NCBI GenBank assembly: GCA_043817315.1
Contig: JBDRGY010000004.1
Span: 797 to 64,796, forward strand
Source of the DNA: Patescibacteria group bacterium
GTDB lineage: Bacteria > Patescibacteriota > Patescibacteriia > JBDRGY01
DNA length: 64,000 bases
Reading direction: 5' to 3'
How positions within the stretch are numbered: position 1 is the first letter of the stretch; every line of letters begins with the position of its first letter. A program made the translations under genes and the position numbers. The notes beneath the pieces were generated by a model. The model was not told the origin of the DNA, searched no databases, and was given only the letters and a program-made list of their open reading frames with translations. Below are positions 8,125-18,868 of the stretch, piece by piece.

Positions 8125-9405
8125 ATGGATCTATTTGATAAAAAATTAGAAAAGGATTTGAGCCAGAATGCTCCCTTGGCTGATCGTATGCGGCCGGAGC
8201 AGCTGGAGGATTTTGTGGGACAGAAAAACATCGTAGGTGAAGGCAAGATATTACGCAAAGCGATTGCCAATGATGAAATATTCTCCATTGTCTTCTGGGG
8301 GCCACCGGGTTGTGGCAAGACTACTTTGGCCTACATAATTGCCAAGATGACTAAATCCCATTTCTCCAAGTTCTCAGCCGTGGAATCAGGGGTTAAGGAC
8401 CTGCGCAAGATTATTAAAGAGGCAGAAGACAGAAGAAAACTGCAAGGGACCCGGACTATTCTTTTTGTGGATGAAATCCATCGTTGGAACAAGGCCCAGC
8501 AGGATTCATTTTTACCTTATGTGGAAAAGGGGATCATTGTCTTAATTGGGGCCACTACGGAGAACCCCTCTTTTGAAATAATCGCTCCGCTACTATCCCG
8601 TTCCCGCGTCTTCGTTTTGGAACAGCACCAGAAAGAAGACATCCAGAAGATCATTAAGAAGGCACTGACCGATAAAGAAAAGGGATTGGGTCAGTATAAA
8701 GTTAAAATAGAGAAGAAGGGCATTGAATTGCTGATAGATGCCAGCAATGGTGATGCCCGCACCGTTCTTAACGCTTTGGAAGTAGCCGTAAAAACCACCA
8801 AGTCGGATAAGTCAGGTGAAGTTCACTTAACCTTAAAAATTATTGAAGATGCCCTGCAGCACAAAGCCCTGATGTACGATAAAAAGGGCGAGGAGCATTA
8901 CAACGTAATTTCCGCCTTTATTAAGTCATTAAGAGGCTCTGATCCTGATGCCGCTGTTTACTGGTTGGCCAGGATGATTACTGCCGGAGAAGATCCCCGG
9001 TTTATAGCCAGGCGGCTGGTTATTTTGGCTTCAGAAGATATTGGCAATGCCGATCCTATGGCATTGGTAGTAGCCAATGCCGCGGCTCAGGCAGTGGAAT
9101 ACGTTGGTTTTCCCGAGGCTCAACTCAATCTTTCTCAAGCGGTTATTTATCTGGCTAAAGCGCCGAAATCTAACGCCTCCACAACGGCCTTAGGAGAGGC
9201 CATGAAAGACGTAGAAGCTACTTTAAACCAACCAGTACCTTTGCACCTGCGAAACGCCAGCACCGGTTTAATGAAAGACTTGGGCTACGGCAAGGGTTAT
9301 AAGTATTCTCATAATTTTGGCCAAGAAGAAGGCCAGCAGGATTATTTGCCAAAGGAGCTGAAGGGCAAGAAATATTACGATCCGGAAAAGGATAAAAACA
9401 AATGA
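8125..9405 (+). CDS. rarA: Replication-associated recombination protein A (MgsA)
   Basis: PLADRMRP, GPPGCGKTT, DEIHR, SAFIKSLRGSDPDAA, VPLHLRN. Confidence 0.95.
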   Translation: MDLFDKKLEKDLSQNAPLADRMRPEQLEDFVGQKNIVGEGKILRKAIANDEIFSIVFWGPPGCGKTTLAYIIAKMTKSHFSKFSAVESGVKDLRKIIKEAEDRRKLQGTRTILFVDEIHRWNKAQQDSFLPYVEKGIIVLIGATTENPSFEIIAPLLSRSRVFVLEQHQKEDIQKIIKKALTDKEKGLGQYKVKIEKKGIELLIDASNGDARTVLNALEVAVKTTKSDKSGEVHLTLKIIEDALQHKALMYDKKGEEHYNVISAFIKSLRGSDPDAAVYWLARMITAGEDPRFIARRLVILASEDIGNADPMALVVANAAAQAVEYVGFPEAQLNLSQAVIYLAKAPKSNASTTALGEAMKDVEATLNQPVPLHLRNASTGLMKDLGYGKGYKYSHNFGQEEGQQDYLPKELKGKKYYDPEKDKNK

Positions 9406-10289
9406 CTCTCGCTATTTTTTTAGCCCTGATAGCTGGTCTATTCTGGGGAATTTCCAATGTAATAGATAAAGCGGTTTTATCCAGATATGTTAAAAATCCG
9501 CTTTTGGTGATGCCGGTAGTTGGCTCCCTGGCCCTGATTGTCGGCACTTTTTTTGTGGTCCTAAATTACCAATCGTTGGCTGTTGATGTGCTGTGGAGCC
9601 TAATATTATTTTCAGCTCTAAATTTCTGCTCCATTGTTTTTTACTTTTTGGCCCTAAAAAGGGAAGAGGTATCTCGGATGGTACCTCTTTATGGAACTAC
9701 CCCAGCCTTTATGGTGCTGATTGAGTTAATGGCCTTTGGCACCAAATTAACCATGGAGCAATATATTGGAGTCATTGCTGTAGTCATCGGGGCTATTATT
9801 TTGTCTTACCGCTCTGGACCTATCAAGTTTAATAAAAAAGGGTTGGCCTTAGTTTTAACTTCCAGTATTTTTTGGGCAACAGCAGTAGTTTTTCTGACAG
9901 ACATCTTTGATAAACACGGTTATTGGCTAGGGTGGGGTTGGCTGCAGGTAACTATCGGGGTGCTTAGTCTATTAAGCTTATTTTTCATTAAGAAAGATTT
10001 TATTAATACCATAAAGGAAAAGGGCAGTCGGGTCGTCTGGTCAATCGTCAGCAGCCAGTTGTTTAGCATGACAGCCGGGGCTTTTCTCTTTTACGCTGGG
10101 ACTCTTTGGGTTGCTTCCTTGTCTTCTGCTATTACTTCTGATCAATTTATCTTTACTTTCCTATTTTCCTTACTAATTTCCTGGAAATGGCCGCAACTAC
10201 TTAAAGAAGAAGTGAGTCCCAAGATAATCATCCAAAAAACTATCAGCATATTATTGATTGTCGCCGGAATCTTTTTAATTAGCCTATAA
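9402..10289 (+). CDS. EamA/DMT family transporter
   Basis: About 10 TM helices in two repeats. Confidence 0.8.
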   Translation: MTLAIFLALIAGLFWGISNVIDKAVLSRYVKNPLLVMPVVGSLALIVGTFFVVLNYQSLAVDVLWSLILFSALNFCSIVFYFLALKREEVSRMVPLYGTTPAFMVLIELMAFGTKLTMEQYIGVIAVVIGAIILSYRSGPIKFNKKGLALVLTSSIFWATAVVFLTDIFDKHGYWLGWGWLQVTIGVLSLLSLFFIKKDFINTIKEKGSRVVWSIVSSQLFSMTAGAFLFYAGTLWVASLSSAITSDQFIFTFLFSLLISWKWPQLLKEEVSPKIIIQKTISILLIVAGIFLISL

Positions 10290-10296
10290 ATATATT

Positions 10297-10485
10297 ATGG
10301 AATGCCAATTAGAAAAAAATAAGGCCGATTGTCCCTGCACTCATGATTGCCCCAGAAGGGGCAAGTGCTGCGAGTGTATTGCCCATCATCGAGTCAGCGA
10401 TGAGTTACCCGCCTGTTACTTTCCAGCTGACGTGGAAAAAACCTACGATCGATCAGTAGATAAATTTATAGCCACCAGAAGTTAG
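10297..10485 (+). CDS. Small Cys-rich protein (DUF6485-like)
   Basis: C.C...C.RRGKCCECI.HH...ELPACYF..E.TYDRS. Confidence 0.7.
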   Translation: MECQLEKNKADCPCTHDCPRRGKCCECIAHHRVSDELPACYFPADVEKTYDRSVDKFIATRS

Positions 10486-10657
10486 CCAGTTTTAAAGAAA
10501 GACAAGTATAATCACTTGTCTTTTTGTTGTCCCTATTTATCAGGTCTTGACAGGGTAGAGTGGGAAGTATAGAATCAATGATTATATCCATAAACAATTT
10601 GTATTAATCTCCGTACTGGTTGATTCAACTAATCAATTAAGCAAGGGGATTTTTAAA

Positions 10658-11182
10658 ATGGACAAATTTAAGAAGGTTTTCCAGGGAGAATTGTTTACTA
10701 TCAAGCAGGGGTATTTGAAGTCCCAGAACAAGACAGATCTTTTTTACGAAACTTGCCAGAGACCACCAGCGGTTGGGGTTTTGGCTATTGATAATCAGAA
10801 GAGGATAATTTTAACCAGAGAATTCAGACACCACCTTGGCAGGACGATCTGGCGTATTCCGTTGGGGGGCTTGGAAGATAATAGACGACCTGATGGGGCC
10901 GCCAGGCAGGAACTACTGGAAGAAGCCGGCTTTAAAGCTGGGCAGTTTGATTTGTTTTATAAATCGACTGCTGGTAGCTCTGTTCAGTTTATTTTCTATT
11001 TTTATCTGGCCCGGGACTTAAAACATGTTGGCAAAGACTTAGAACCTGATGAGCACAATAGGGTACACAAAGTTAATCTGAAAAGAGCTCACAATCTGGC
11101 ATTGAAAAACGGTTTCCATAACGAAAATATCTCTTATGCTATAATTAGATTGTGGCATGAGAGAAAGAAATGGTTAAAGTAA
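10658..11182 (+). CDS. NUDIX hydrolase (ADP-ribose pyrophosphatase-like)
   Basis: GG.E......AARQELLEEAG Nudix box. Confidence 0.85.
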   Translation: MDKFKKVFQGELFTIKQGYLKSQNKTDLFYETCQRPPAVGVLAIDNQKRIILTREFRHHLGRTIWRIPLGGLEDNRRPDGAARQELLEEAGFKAGQFDLFYKSTAGSSVQFIFYFYLARDLKHVGKDLEPDEHNRVHKVNLKRAHNLALKNGFHNENISYAIIRLWHERKKWLK

Positions 11183-11721
11183 AGAAACCCAAATTACTAT
11201 TACATTCCTGTTGTGCTGGTTGCACCGCTTATGTTATTCAATTGTTGAGTAAAGAGTATCAGGTAACCAGCTATTTTTTTAATCCCAATATCCACCCGGA
11301 CCAAGAATACAAGCAGAGATGTCAAGAGTTAAAGAACTACTGCAAAAAGACTAAGGCACCGTTTATCGAAGGGGAATACCAAGCAGAAAAATGGCAGCAA
11401 CTTACTAAGGGCTTTGAATTTGAGCCGGAAAAAGGTAAAAGGTGTCTGATTTGCTACGCCATGCGTTTGGAAAAAACTGCCGAACATGCCAAGCAAAACG
11501 GGTTTGATTTCTTTGCCACCACCTTATCTGTTTCTCCCCATAAACTGGCTGACAGGATTAACCAGTTTGGCAATAAGCTGGCAGAGCTATACGGGGTTAA
11601 GTTTTATGAGGCGGATTTCAAGAAGCAGGAAGGCTATAAGAAAGCTTGTGCCATAAGCAAGGAGGAAAACTTTTATCGGCAGGATTATTGTGGCTGCAGC
11701 TTCAGTAAAAGAGGTACTTGA
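11170..11721 (+). CDS. queH: Epoxyqueuosine reductase QueH
   Basis: LLLHSCCAGC, FFNPNIHP, RC..CY..RL, TTL.VSPHK, YRQDYCGC. Confidence 0.9.
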   Translation: MVKVKKPKLLLHSCCAGCTAYVIQLLSKEYQVTSYFFNPNIHPDQEYKQRCQELKNYCKKTKAPFIEGEYQAEKWQQLTKGFEFEPEKGKRCLICYAMRLEKTAEHAKQNGFDFFATTLSVSPHKLADRINQFGNKLAELYGVKFYEADFKKQEGYKKACAISKEENFYRQDYCGCSFSKRGT

Positions 11722-11771
11722 TTTTTTGTGCCCATTTCCTATAATAAATAAAGAAGAAGTAACTATAGTTT

Positions 11772-12104
11772 ATGAATGCTGAAAAATGGGGAGAAATTAT
11801 CGATCTAGTTCAAGAGAAATTTGGTATTCTCGATAAAGGCAAAGAAGCCCTGGATCCGGGCCCCGGAGAAGGGGAGTTTTTGATTTTTGAAGCCCCGATT
11901 GGCAAAATGAAAGTAGTAAGAGAGATTAAACCGGTAGTTTTGGATAGAAAAGTTCATTCCTCCAGACGGGTTGGATCAACTACCACCGAAGAATTTGTCT
12001 ATTCCGATACCGAGAAATATGAAAAACTAAAAGCCTATAACTGGAGTGATGAAGATCAAGTCTGGGTAGAGATGGAAATGAAGCCAGAAGCCTTCTCACT
12101 GTAA
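11772..12104 (+). CDS. Hypothetical protein
   Basis: 110 aa ORF with backbone-like codon usage. Confidence 0.7.
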   Translation: MNAEKWGEIIDLVQEKFGILDKGKEALDPGPGEGEFLIFEAPIGKMKVVREIKPVVLDRKVHSSRRVGSTTTEEFVYSDTEKYEKLKAYNWSDEDQVWVEMEMKPEAFSL

Positions 12105-12129
12105 GTAGTTATTAGTAATTAGTAAAAAT

Positions 12130-12483
12130 ATGTGGTTTAGAAAAAAAGAAGAGGAAATTTCAACCAAAAAGATGACAGAGATTGCTATTGGAGCCGGCAC
12201 CCTGGAATTTATCTACATCATGCTGATTGCCAGTTTTATTCTGGGGATGGAAGGTGTTTTTTATTACAAAAATTTTCCTGAGGTAGTTTTCTTCGGGATG
12301 TGGTTGATACTTTTGGTAATCTCAGCGGCCATTTCCGGGGTTCTGGTAATGGGCTATCCTGCTTATCTAATCTATATTAAAAAGATCAGGGAAGGAGTCT
12401 ACACCTTTATAGTAACCCTGATCACTCTGTTAGTATATTTTATCCTGGCCATGACATTGGGCTGGTTGATGTACGCTAGCTAG
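12130..12483 (+). CDS. Small membrane protein
   Basis: 117 aa, about 3 TM helices. Confidence 0.7.
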   Translation: MWFRKKEEEISTKKMTEIAIGAGTLEFIYIMLIASFILGMEGVFYYKNFPEVVFFGMWLILLVISAAISGVLVMGYPAYLIYIKKIREGVYTFIVTLITLLVYFILAMTLGWLMYAS

Positions 12484-14117
12484 AATTTATACAAATAAAT
12501 GGAATAACCAACCCGAGCTACGGGTTGATATTTTTTTAGCCAGGAAAAATCATCAGCGGCTCCATAAAGATATCCGACCGAAATAGCAATTAGTCCGGAG
12601 AAGTCTTCAGATTCAGCTACTTCTGGGCCAGGAATGGGTTGGTGTTCGAAATAGTATTCTGGCAAGGCCGTTCCGGCGTAGTCCAGGTAGACCTTTTCGA
12701 AATTATTTTCCATCATATAGTTTTTTAAACCAATAAGATCTTGTCCCCAATCCAGATTGGAATCCAGAAGGTACTTGGGACCGTTTTTTGGCCCTCCCAC
12801 CGCTTCATTAAAGTAGGCCAGATAATGAGGAAAGATGTTGACTGAACTGAACAGATAAAAAGCGAATAAAATCATTAAAACAATTGGCCAGAGTCTCTTT
12901 TTTAATAATGGCCAATTGATCATGGAACCGATCAGGATAAAGATGAATGGGTAGATCAATAAGACGTGTCTTAGACCCAGATTTAAGTTGGAAGTCATTG
13001 AGTACAGAAAGTAAAATAGGGGAGGGATGATTAAGATAAAGTAGCGCAAGGGTATCTTTTTGAAATCTGCCTTTCTTTTTTTGATAAGCCATTTAAGAGC
13101 CACCAGTTTGGCAGTAATTAGTAACAAAATGGTCGTCAAAGGTGTTTTTAGCAGAAAGGCTACAGGGAAATAATACCACCAGCCAAAATTGCTGTGTTGG
13201 CCTAATAGATAAGTGCCGTGACCGAAAGAAGAATGAAAGACTACCCTAAAGAAACCGATGAAGTAGTGAGCAGCGGGGAGGTTGCTATTAAACAGAGGAA
13301 TTGATTGGGCAATTGGTCCCACTCTTTGCTGAACAACGGGATCGTCGGCAATTTTACCCATTTCCAGACCATAACCGGCCCAGACAACCAATATGCCTAC
13401 AATGGTGACAACAAAGATAGTGAGCAGAACTTTTTGAAGAGGAAAAGCTTTCTTGTCTTGGCCCCATTTGATAAAAAGCAAGACAATTACCAGCGGCAAG
13501 ATAAGGGGAGCGGAGAATTTGGTTAATAAGCAAAGGCCAAAGGCTAGGGCCAGGAATATCAGATTTTTGAATTGTGGTTTCTTTAGATAATTATAGAGAC
13601 AGTAAAAGGTCAGAAGGAAAAAGAAAGCCAAGGCAATATCGGAGTTAGCTAATCTGGCGTGGGCTAAAATATTGGGACTAAAAACATAGAAAATTAAAGC
13701 TAGGAGTCCAGCCTTCCAGTTAAAAAGTTTTCTGGTAAAGACAAATATTAGCCAGCCTAACAACAGACTTAATATCATAAAAGGAAACCGGGCCCAGAAG
13801 AGTAGAGTATCCGCTGGCACTGTGTTATTATATAAAAAGACAGGGGCATAATGCCACTGATCAGCGTCTTGCCACATAGCTGATTCTGTATCCAGTTGTG
13901 GATTTAGAAATAACAAAGGAAGGCCAGCCAGGTATTTAGTCAGAGGTGGATGTTCCGAATCCCAGCGGTAATCCCGTTCTTTCAGATAAGAATAGCCGGC
14001 CAGAATATGAACTGCCTCATCATAAGTCTGACTTTTCTGTTGAGCCGAGGTAATCTCCAGGCCCAACATCAAAATCAACAGAAAAATCGCTGTTAAATTT
14101 ACTAGTTTCTTATTCAT
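12480..14117 (-). CDS. GT-C glycosyltransferase (PMT/ArnT, GT39-like)
   Basis: TYDE..H, EHPPL, LTKFS, DSNLDWGQDL; polytopic. Confidence 0.85.
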   Translation of the reverse strand: MNKKLVNLTAIFLLILMLGLEITSAQQKSQTYDEAVHILAGYSYLKERDYRWDSEHPPLTKYLAGLPLLFLNPQLDTESAMWQDADQWHYAPVFLYNNTVPADTLLFWARFPFMILSLLLGWLIFVFTRKLFNWKAGLLALIFYVFSPNILAHARLANSDIALAFFFLLTFYCLYNYLKKPQFKNLIFLALAFGLCLLTKFSAPLILPLVIVLLFIKWGQDKKAFPLQKVLLTIFVVTIVGILVVWAGYGLEMGKIADDPVVQQRVGPIAQSIPLFNSNLPAAHYFIGFFRVVFHSSFGHGTYLLGQHSNFGWWYYFPVAFLLKTPLTTILLLITAKLVALKWLIKKRKADFKKIPLRYFILIIPPLFYFLYSMTSNLNLGLRHVLLIYPFIFILIGSMINWPLLKKRLWPIVLMILFAFYLFSSVNIFPHYLAYFNEAVGGPKNGPKYLLDSNLDWGQDLIGLKNYMMENNFEKVYLDYAGTALPEYYFEHQPIPGPEVAESEDFSGLIAISVGYLYGAADDFSWLKKYQPVARVGYSIYLYKF

Positions 14118-14144
14118 TTTTAATAATTAAATTATAACCGCTTT

Positions 14145-14519
14145 ATGCCAAAAAAGATATTGTATTATATTATAGTGTTTTTAGCCGCAGTTATTATTGT
14201 ATTAGTAATTATGTTAGTGCGTTTGGCCGGTGAAGAGGCAGAAACCAATACCAATACCTCAGTAGAGGCTGACCAACGGAACGTCAATAGTCAGCCTAAT
14301 GGTACGGCGGAGTGTCAATCGGATACCGATTGTGTAATTGGAGGCTGTAATAGAACTATTTGTTATGCGCCCTCAGAGGGTTCGGGAATTTCAATTTGTG
14401 ACTGGCGAGATGAGTATCGTTGTTATTCATTGGCCAGCTGTGGTTGTATCAACGGAAAATGTGCCTGGGAAAAAGGAGATGATTTTGATGATTGCTGGAG
14501 AGATCCAGCTGATTATTAA
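14145..14519 (+). CDS. Eight-cysteine-cluster domain exported protein
   Basis: TM helix then C..D.DC..GGC...IC..SIC.WR.EY.CY...CGC..GKC.W. Confidence 0.7.
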   Translation: MPKKILYYIIVFLAAVIIVLVIMLVRLAGEEAETNTNTSVEADQRNVNSQPNGTAECQSDTDCVIGGCNRTICYAPSEGSGISICDWRDEYRCYSLASCGCINGKCAWEKGDDFDDCWRDPADY

Positions 14520-14544
14520 ATCAAATACCGATAGTGGAATAAAA

Positions 14545-15666
14545 ATGTCTCAGTTTAAAAAATACCAAGCCAAGAAAATCCTCAATAGCTACAAGCACGT
14601 TGATGGCGGCTGGTTTCATATTAAATATTCTGCTTATCCTTATCTTGGCTGCAGCCACGGTTGTCTTTACTGCTGCGAGTGGGGTACTAAGTACACTCCG
14701 TATAAAGGCAATCCCGCCGATTTTACTAAAGTAATTACCGTTAAAGCCAACGCCCCAGAATTATTAAAAAAGGAATTGGCTAAAGTGGACCAGGATTTGA
14801 TTGCAGTAGGAGACTGGCAGCCGGCTGAAGCTAAATTTGGCATATCAAGAAAAATGCTGGAGGTTTGTTTGGAGATGGACTTCCCGGTTTTTTGTCTAGA
14901 GAAATCACCTCTAATTACTAAAGACCTTGATTTACTAAAAAAGATAAATAAGAAAACAGAAGCCTTGGTTGGTTGGTCAATAATTGGGACGGAGGAGGAT
15001 GAACGCAAAAAGGTATTCGAGCCCAATGTCCCTTCTTTTGAATCACGTTTTAAGGCAATGAAAGAAATCGCAGACGCCGGGATCACCACCGGCACGGTTT
15101 TTATGCCAATCCTGCCTTACATTTACGATGACGATGCCAGTCTGGAGGCAGTTGTTATGAGAACCAAAGAAGCAGGCGGCAAATTCGTTTTAGCGGCAGC
15201 TCTGACCTTAGAACAGAACACTGAATTAAAAAGGAGGTATTTAGAATTAATTGCTAAGCATTACCCAAAACTGTTAAATGACTATGAAATCCTGTTTCGG
15301 GGTTACGGACCGCCAAGCAGCTACTGGAGCCCCATACAGCTCAAGATAGATGCCCTATGCCAAAAATACGGCTTATTGAACTATATACCTCGACCGGTTA
15401 AATTCTGGCCCCAAGATATTAGAATTAACAAAGAAATTGCCAACAAATTCCACTTGAAAGCCAAGGAATTACAATTCTATAAAAAAGACGAGCGCCGCGG
15501 TTGGGCTTATAGGCGGGCTGCCTGGGCTTTGGATGAATTGGATAAAGGCGTTGCTGAGATTTATAAAAAAAGTTGGCTGGCCGGCCTGCAAAAAATTGAT
15601 AGTATTGGCAACCGTTTGGCCCATTTAATTGAGAATGAATTGAAAGCCCGGGGCATAGAAAGATAG
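14545..15666 (+). CDS. SPL-family radical SAM protein with C-terminal helix-hairpin-helix domain
   Basis: PYLGCSHGCLYC, D.QP.E, FEP..P...R; C-terminal AYRRAAWAL..LQKIDSIG; start moved to 14545. Confidence 0.85.
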   Translation: MSQFKKYQAKKILNSYKHVDGGWFHIKYSAYPYLGCSHGCLYCCEWGTKYTPYKGNPADFTKVITVKANAPELLKKELAKVDQDLIAVGDWQPAEAKFGISRKMLEVCLEMDFPVFCLEKSPLITKDLDLLKKINKKTEALVGWSIIGTEEDERKKVFEPNVPSFESRFKAMKEIADAGITTGTVFMPILPYIYDDDASLEAVVMRTKEAGGKFVLAAALTLEQNTELKRRYLELIAKHYPKLLNDYEILFRGYGPPSSYWSPIQLKIDALCQKYGLLNYIPRPVKFWPQDIRINKEIANKFHLKAKELQFYKKDERRGWAYRRAAWALDELDKGVAEIYKKSWLAGLQKIDSIGNRLAHLIENELKARGIER

Positions 15667-15750
15667 CTTAAGGCCACGATTATTTTCTTATTTGAAAATA
15701 CGGCTAATTGTGATAGAATATAGACATTATAATAGAAAGGATAAAATACA

Positions 15751-16800
15751 ATGACAGGAAAAATGAAGGCACTTTTTAAGAATCGCAGGGGCAAAGGAGC
15801 CACTCTTAAAGAAGTTGACATCCCGAAAATTAAGGTCGATGAAGTCTTGATTAAAGTAAAGGCAGCCGCAATCTGTGGTACTGATAAGCATATCTATGAA
15901 TGGGACCAATGGTCCCAGAGCCGAATAAAGCCGCCGATGATTTTTGGTCATGAATGTGCCGGTGAAGTTATTGAGGTAGGGGACAAAGTCAAGAAGATAA
16001 AGAAAGGTGATTGTGTTTCAGCCGAAACCCATATTCCTGATCAAACCTGTAAGTTGTGTCAGATGGGCTTGATGCATATCTGCAAAAACATGAAAATATT
16101 GGGAGTCGATGTAGACGGTGCTTTCGCTGAATACGTAGTTATTCCCGAGATCTGCGCCTGGAAAAATGATCCCAAATTACCGATGGCTATTGCAGCCATC
16201 CAAGAACCGTTTGGTAATGCTACCTATACTGTGATGTCCTCGGTCGTTAAAGATAAAATAACCGTAATCATGGGCGATGGACCGATTGCCTGTTTTGCCG
16301 TAGGCATTGCCAAGGCAGTTGGGGCAAATCCGCTGATTGCTGTAGGTAAATACCCCTATCGCAAAAAACTGTTAAAGAAAATGGGAGCCGATATTATTCT
16401 AGATTCCAAAAAGGACGATGTCCTTAAGCAAGTATTGAAACTAAGCCAAGGCTACGGAGCTGATGTAGTTTTGGAAATGGCAGGCAGCAAAGAAGCGGTA
16501 GAAACCGGATTTGCCGTTTTGCGCAAGGCCGGTCAGTTTACCGCTTTTGGCATACCCAAAGAGCCATTCCTTTTCGATTACGCTAATAATCTGGTGTTCA
16601 AGGATTTGACCCTAAAAGGTATTTCCGGTCGTCTGATGTTTAAAACATGGGAGCAGTTATCTGATTTATTGAATAAAAAATTGGTTGATCCCAAACCAGT
16701 GATTACCCACCAAATACCTTTTGATAACTGGCAGCAAGGTTTTAACATTGTTACCGCCCGAAATAGGGAAGTAGGTAAGGTAGTATTTACCTTTGACTAA
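15751..16800 (+). CDS. tdh: L-threonine 3-dehydrogenase
   Basis: ICGTD.HIY.WD.W, GHE, structural Zn-site region, G.SGR.MF.TW; adjacent to kbl. Confidence 0.93.
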   Translation: MTGKMKALFKNRRGKGATLKEVDIPKIKVDEVLIKVKAAAICGTDKHIYEWDQWSQSRIKPPMIFGHECAGEVIEVGDKVKKIKKGDCVSAETHIPDQTCKLCQMGLMHICKNMKILGVDVDGAFAEYVVIPEICAWKNDPKLPMAIAAIQEPFGNATYTVMSSVVKDKITVIMGDGPIACFAVGIAKAVGANPLIAVGKYPYRKKLLKKMGADIILDSKKDDVLKQVLKLSQGYGADVVLEMAGSKEAVETGFAVLRKAGQFTAFGIPKEPFLFDYANNLVFKDLTLKGISGRLMFKTWEQLSDLLNKKLVDPKPVITHQIPFDNWQQGFNIVTARNREVGKVVFTFD

Positions 16801-16801
16801 T

Positions 16802-17995
16802 ATGTTAGGAAAATATAAAGACAAATTGGAATCGACACTAGCCGAGATCAAAGAAGCCGGCTTATTTAAGGAAGAAAGAATCATAGAGACTCCCCAGAGT
16901 GCCCAGATCGTAGCCAACGGCCAGGAAGTCCTCAATTTCTGTGCCAATAACTATTTGGGATTGTGTAATCATCCGGCCATGAAAAAAGCAGCCCAAGAAG
17001 GGGTTTCTAAATGGGGCTATGGCATGTCTTCGGTCAGGTTTATCTGCGGTACTTTGCAGGTCCACAAAGATTTGGAAAAAAAGTTGGCTGAGTTTTTATT
17101 GATGGATGATACTGTTTTATACTCTTCCTGTTTCGATGCCAATGGCGGGTTGTTTGAAACACTGTTAGGGGAAGATGATGCAGTTATTTCCGATAAGCTA
17201 AACCATGCTTCAATTATTGACGGGATCAGGTTGTCCAAGGCAGAACGCTTTGTTTTTGAGCACCTGGACATGGACGATTTAGAAACGAAGCTAAAAGAAG
17301 CAAATGATAAGAAACTGGGCACTAAACTTATTTGTACTGACGGCGTTTTTTCCATGGATGGAGATGTGGCCAATCTCCGGGGGATTTGTGACTTAGCAGA
17401 TAAATATGATGCCTTGGTGATGGTTGATGATTCTCACGCTACCGGATTTATTGGGAAAAGCGGCCGAGGTACGCCCCAACATTGTGGAGTAGAGGGCAGA
17501 ATAGACATCATTACTTCCACCCTAGGAAAAGCCCTGGGAGGGGCCTCTGGCGGTTTTACCGCCTGTCGCCAGGAAATAGCCGACGTCTTAAGACAACGCT
17601 CCAGGCCTTATCTATTTTCCAATACCTTGGCACCAGTCATTGCCTTCGGTTCTATCAAAGCGATTGAGCTGGTTTCAGAGTCTCCAGAATTACTCAATAA
17701 ACTCAAGGAGAATACCAAATATTTCAGGACCAAGATGGCAGAGGCCGGTTTTGCTATCAGAGAGGGAATTCATCCTATTGTGCCTATTATGCTGGGTGAA
17801 GCCAAATTGGCGGTTGGTATATCATCTGACTTGTTAGAGGAAGGCATATATGTCATCGGCTTTAGCTACCCAGTAGTACCTAAAGGTAAGGCCAGGATCA
17901 GAGTTCAGATCTCTGCGGCTCACCAACAAGAGGATTTGGATAAAGCCATCGAAGCATTTATTAAAATTGGCAAGAAATATCAAGTAATAAAATAG
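16802..17995 (+). CDS. kbl: 2-amino-3-ketobutyrate CoA ligase (glycine C-acetyltransferase)
   Basis: [42 protein letters not shown]. Confidence 0.95.
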   Translation: MLGKYKDKLESTLAEIKEAGLFKEERIIETPQSAQIVANGQEVLNFCANNYLGLCNHPAMKKAAQEGVSKWGYGMSSVRFICGTLQVHKDLEKKLAEFLLMDDTVLYSSCFDANGGLFETLLGEDDAVISDKLNHASIIDGIRLSKAERFVFEHLDMDDLETKLKEANDKKLGTKLICTDGVFSMDGDVANLRGICDLADKYDALVMVDDSHATGFIGKSGRGTPQHCGVEGRIDIITSTLGKALGGASGGFTACRQEIADVLRQRSRPYLFSNTLAPVIAFGSIKAIELVSESPELLNKLKENTKYFRTKMAEAGFAIREGIHPIVPIMLGEAKLAVGISSDLLEEGIYVIGFSYPVVPKGKARIRVQISAAHQQEDLDKAIEAFIKIGKKYQVIK

Positions 17996-17997
17996 TC

Positions 17998-18366
17998 ATG
18001 AATAAAAACAAATTGACTGCAGCAACCGTGATAATTATCGGACTGGCTCTAATCGTTTGGTATTTAGCAAGTCAGTACAGCCCTCTTTTTGATGATGAGG
18101 ATGCCGATCAAACTGCTGAGAATGTGAAAATTACCTCTGTTGATGAGATTTGTGATGGAGATGAGGATTGTCCCAAACAATACAGTTGTTATGCTCCAGC
18201 TAGCTGTGATTTTATCGAAGGCAGAACGGTTTGTGACAGACCAGAAGGAGATCCTATCTGTTATTTTAACTGTGTTACTGATGCTGATTGTGGTCAAGAA
18301 GAAACCTGCCAGGAGGTAGATCAGCTAATCAATAATCGTCTGATTGACAAGAAGCTCTGCCTCTAA
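17998..18366 (+). CDS. Exported Cys-rich hypothetical protein
   Basis: N-terminal TM helix, two C..D.DC....C modules. Confidence 0.65.
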   Translation: MNKNKLTAATVIIIGLALIVWYLASQYSPLFDDEDADQTAENVKITSVDEICDGDEDCPKQYSCYAPASCDFIEGRTVCDRPEGDPICYFNCVTDADCGQEETCQEVDQLINNRLIDKKLCL

Positions 18367-18375
18367 GAAAAAATT

Positions 18376-18864
18376 ATGATAAGCAGCGTTTTAATTTGGA
18401 TAGCAGTCATTGTCTTATTCCTGGTGGGATTTCTGGGGATTATTTTGCCATTCTTGCCAGGAATTCCTTTAATATTCCTGGCTACTTTAGTGTATGGAAT
18501 TGGGACCGATTTCAGGGAAATTACCGGAAATACTGTCCTGTGGTTTTTGGGCCTAACTATCTTTGCCTTGATAGTTGATTATTTAAGCGGAATAATTGGA
18601 GCCAAGAAATTTGGGGCCTCCAGGATGGGCATAATTGGTGCCTTTTTGGGTATGATAATAGGCGTTCTTTCGCTGGGCCTGGTCGGTCTTGTCCTGGGGC
18701 CGTTTCTGGGAGCCGTCTTTTTCGAAATACTGGCTGGACGCAAAGAAAAAGATGCGATTAAAATCGGCTTTGGCGCTTTCGTTGGTTTTTTGGCTGGCAC
18801 GCTGTTTAAATTCGTTCTGGGGTTGATCATGATCGGGATTTTCTTTTCCAAAATTATTTTTTAA
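18376..18864 (+). CDS. DUF456 family membrane protein
   Basis: G.ILP.LPG, GAKKFGAS, GPFLGA..E. Confidence 0.85.
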   Translation: MISSVLIWIAVIVLFLVGFLGIILPFLPGIPLIFLATLVYGIGTDFREITGNTVLWFLGLTIFALIVDYLSGIIGAKKFGASRMGIIGAFLGMIIGVLSLGLVGLVLGPFLGAVFFEILAGRKEKDAIKIGFGAFVGFLAGTLFKFVLGLIMIGIFFSKIIF

Positions 18865-18868
18865 TAAT

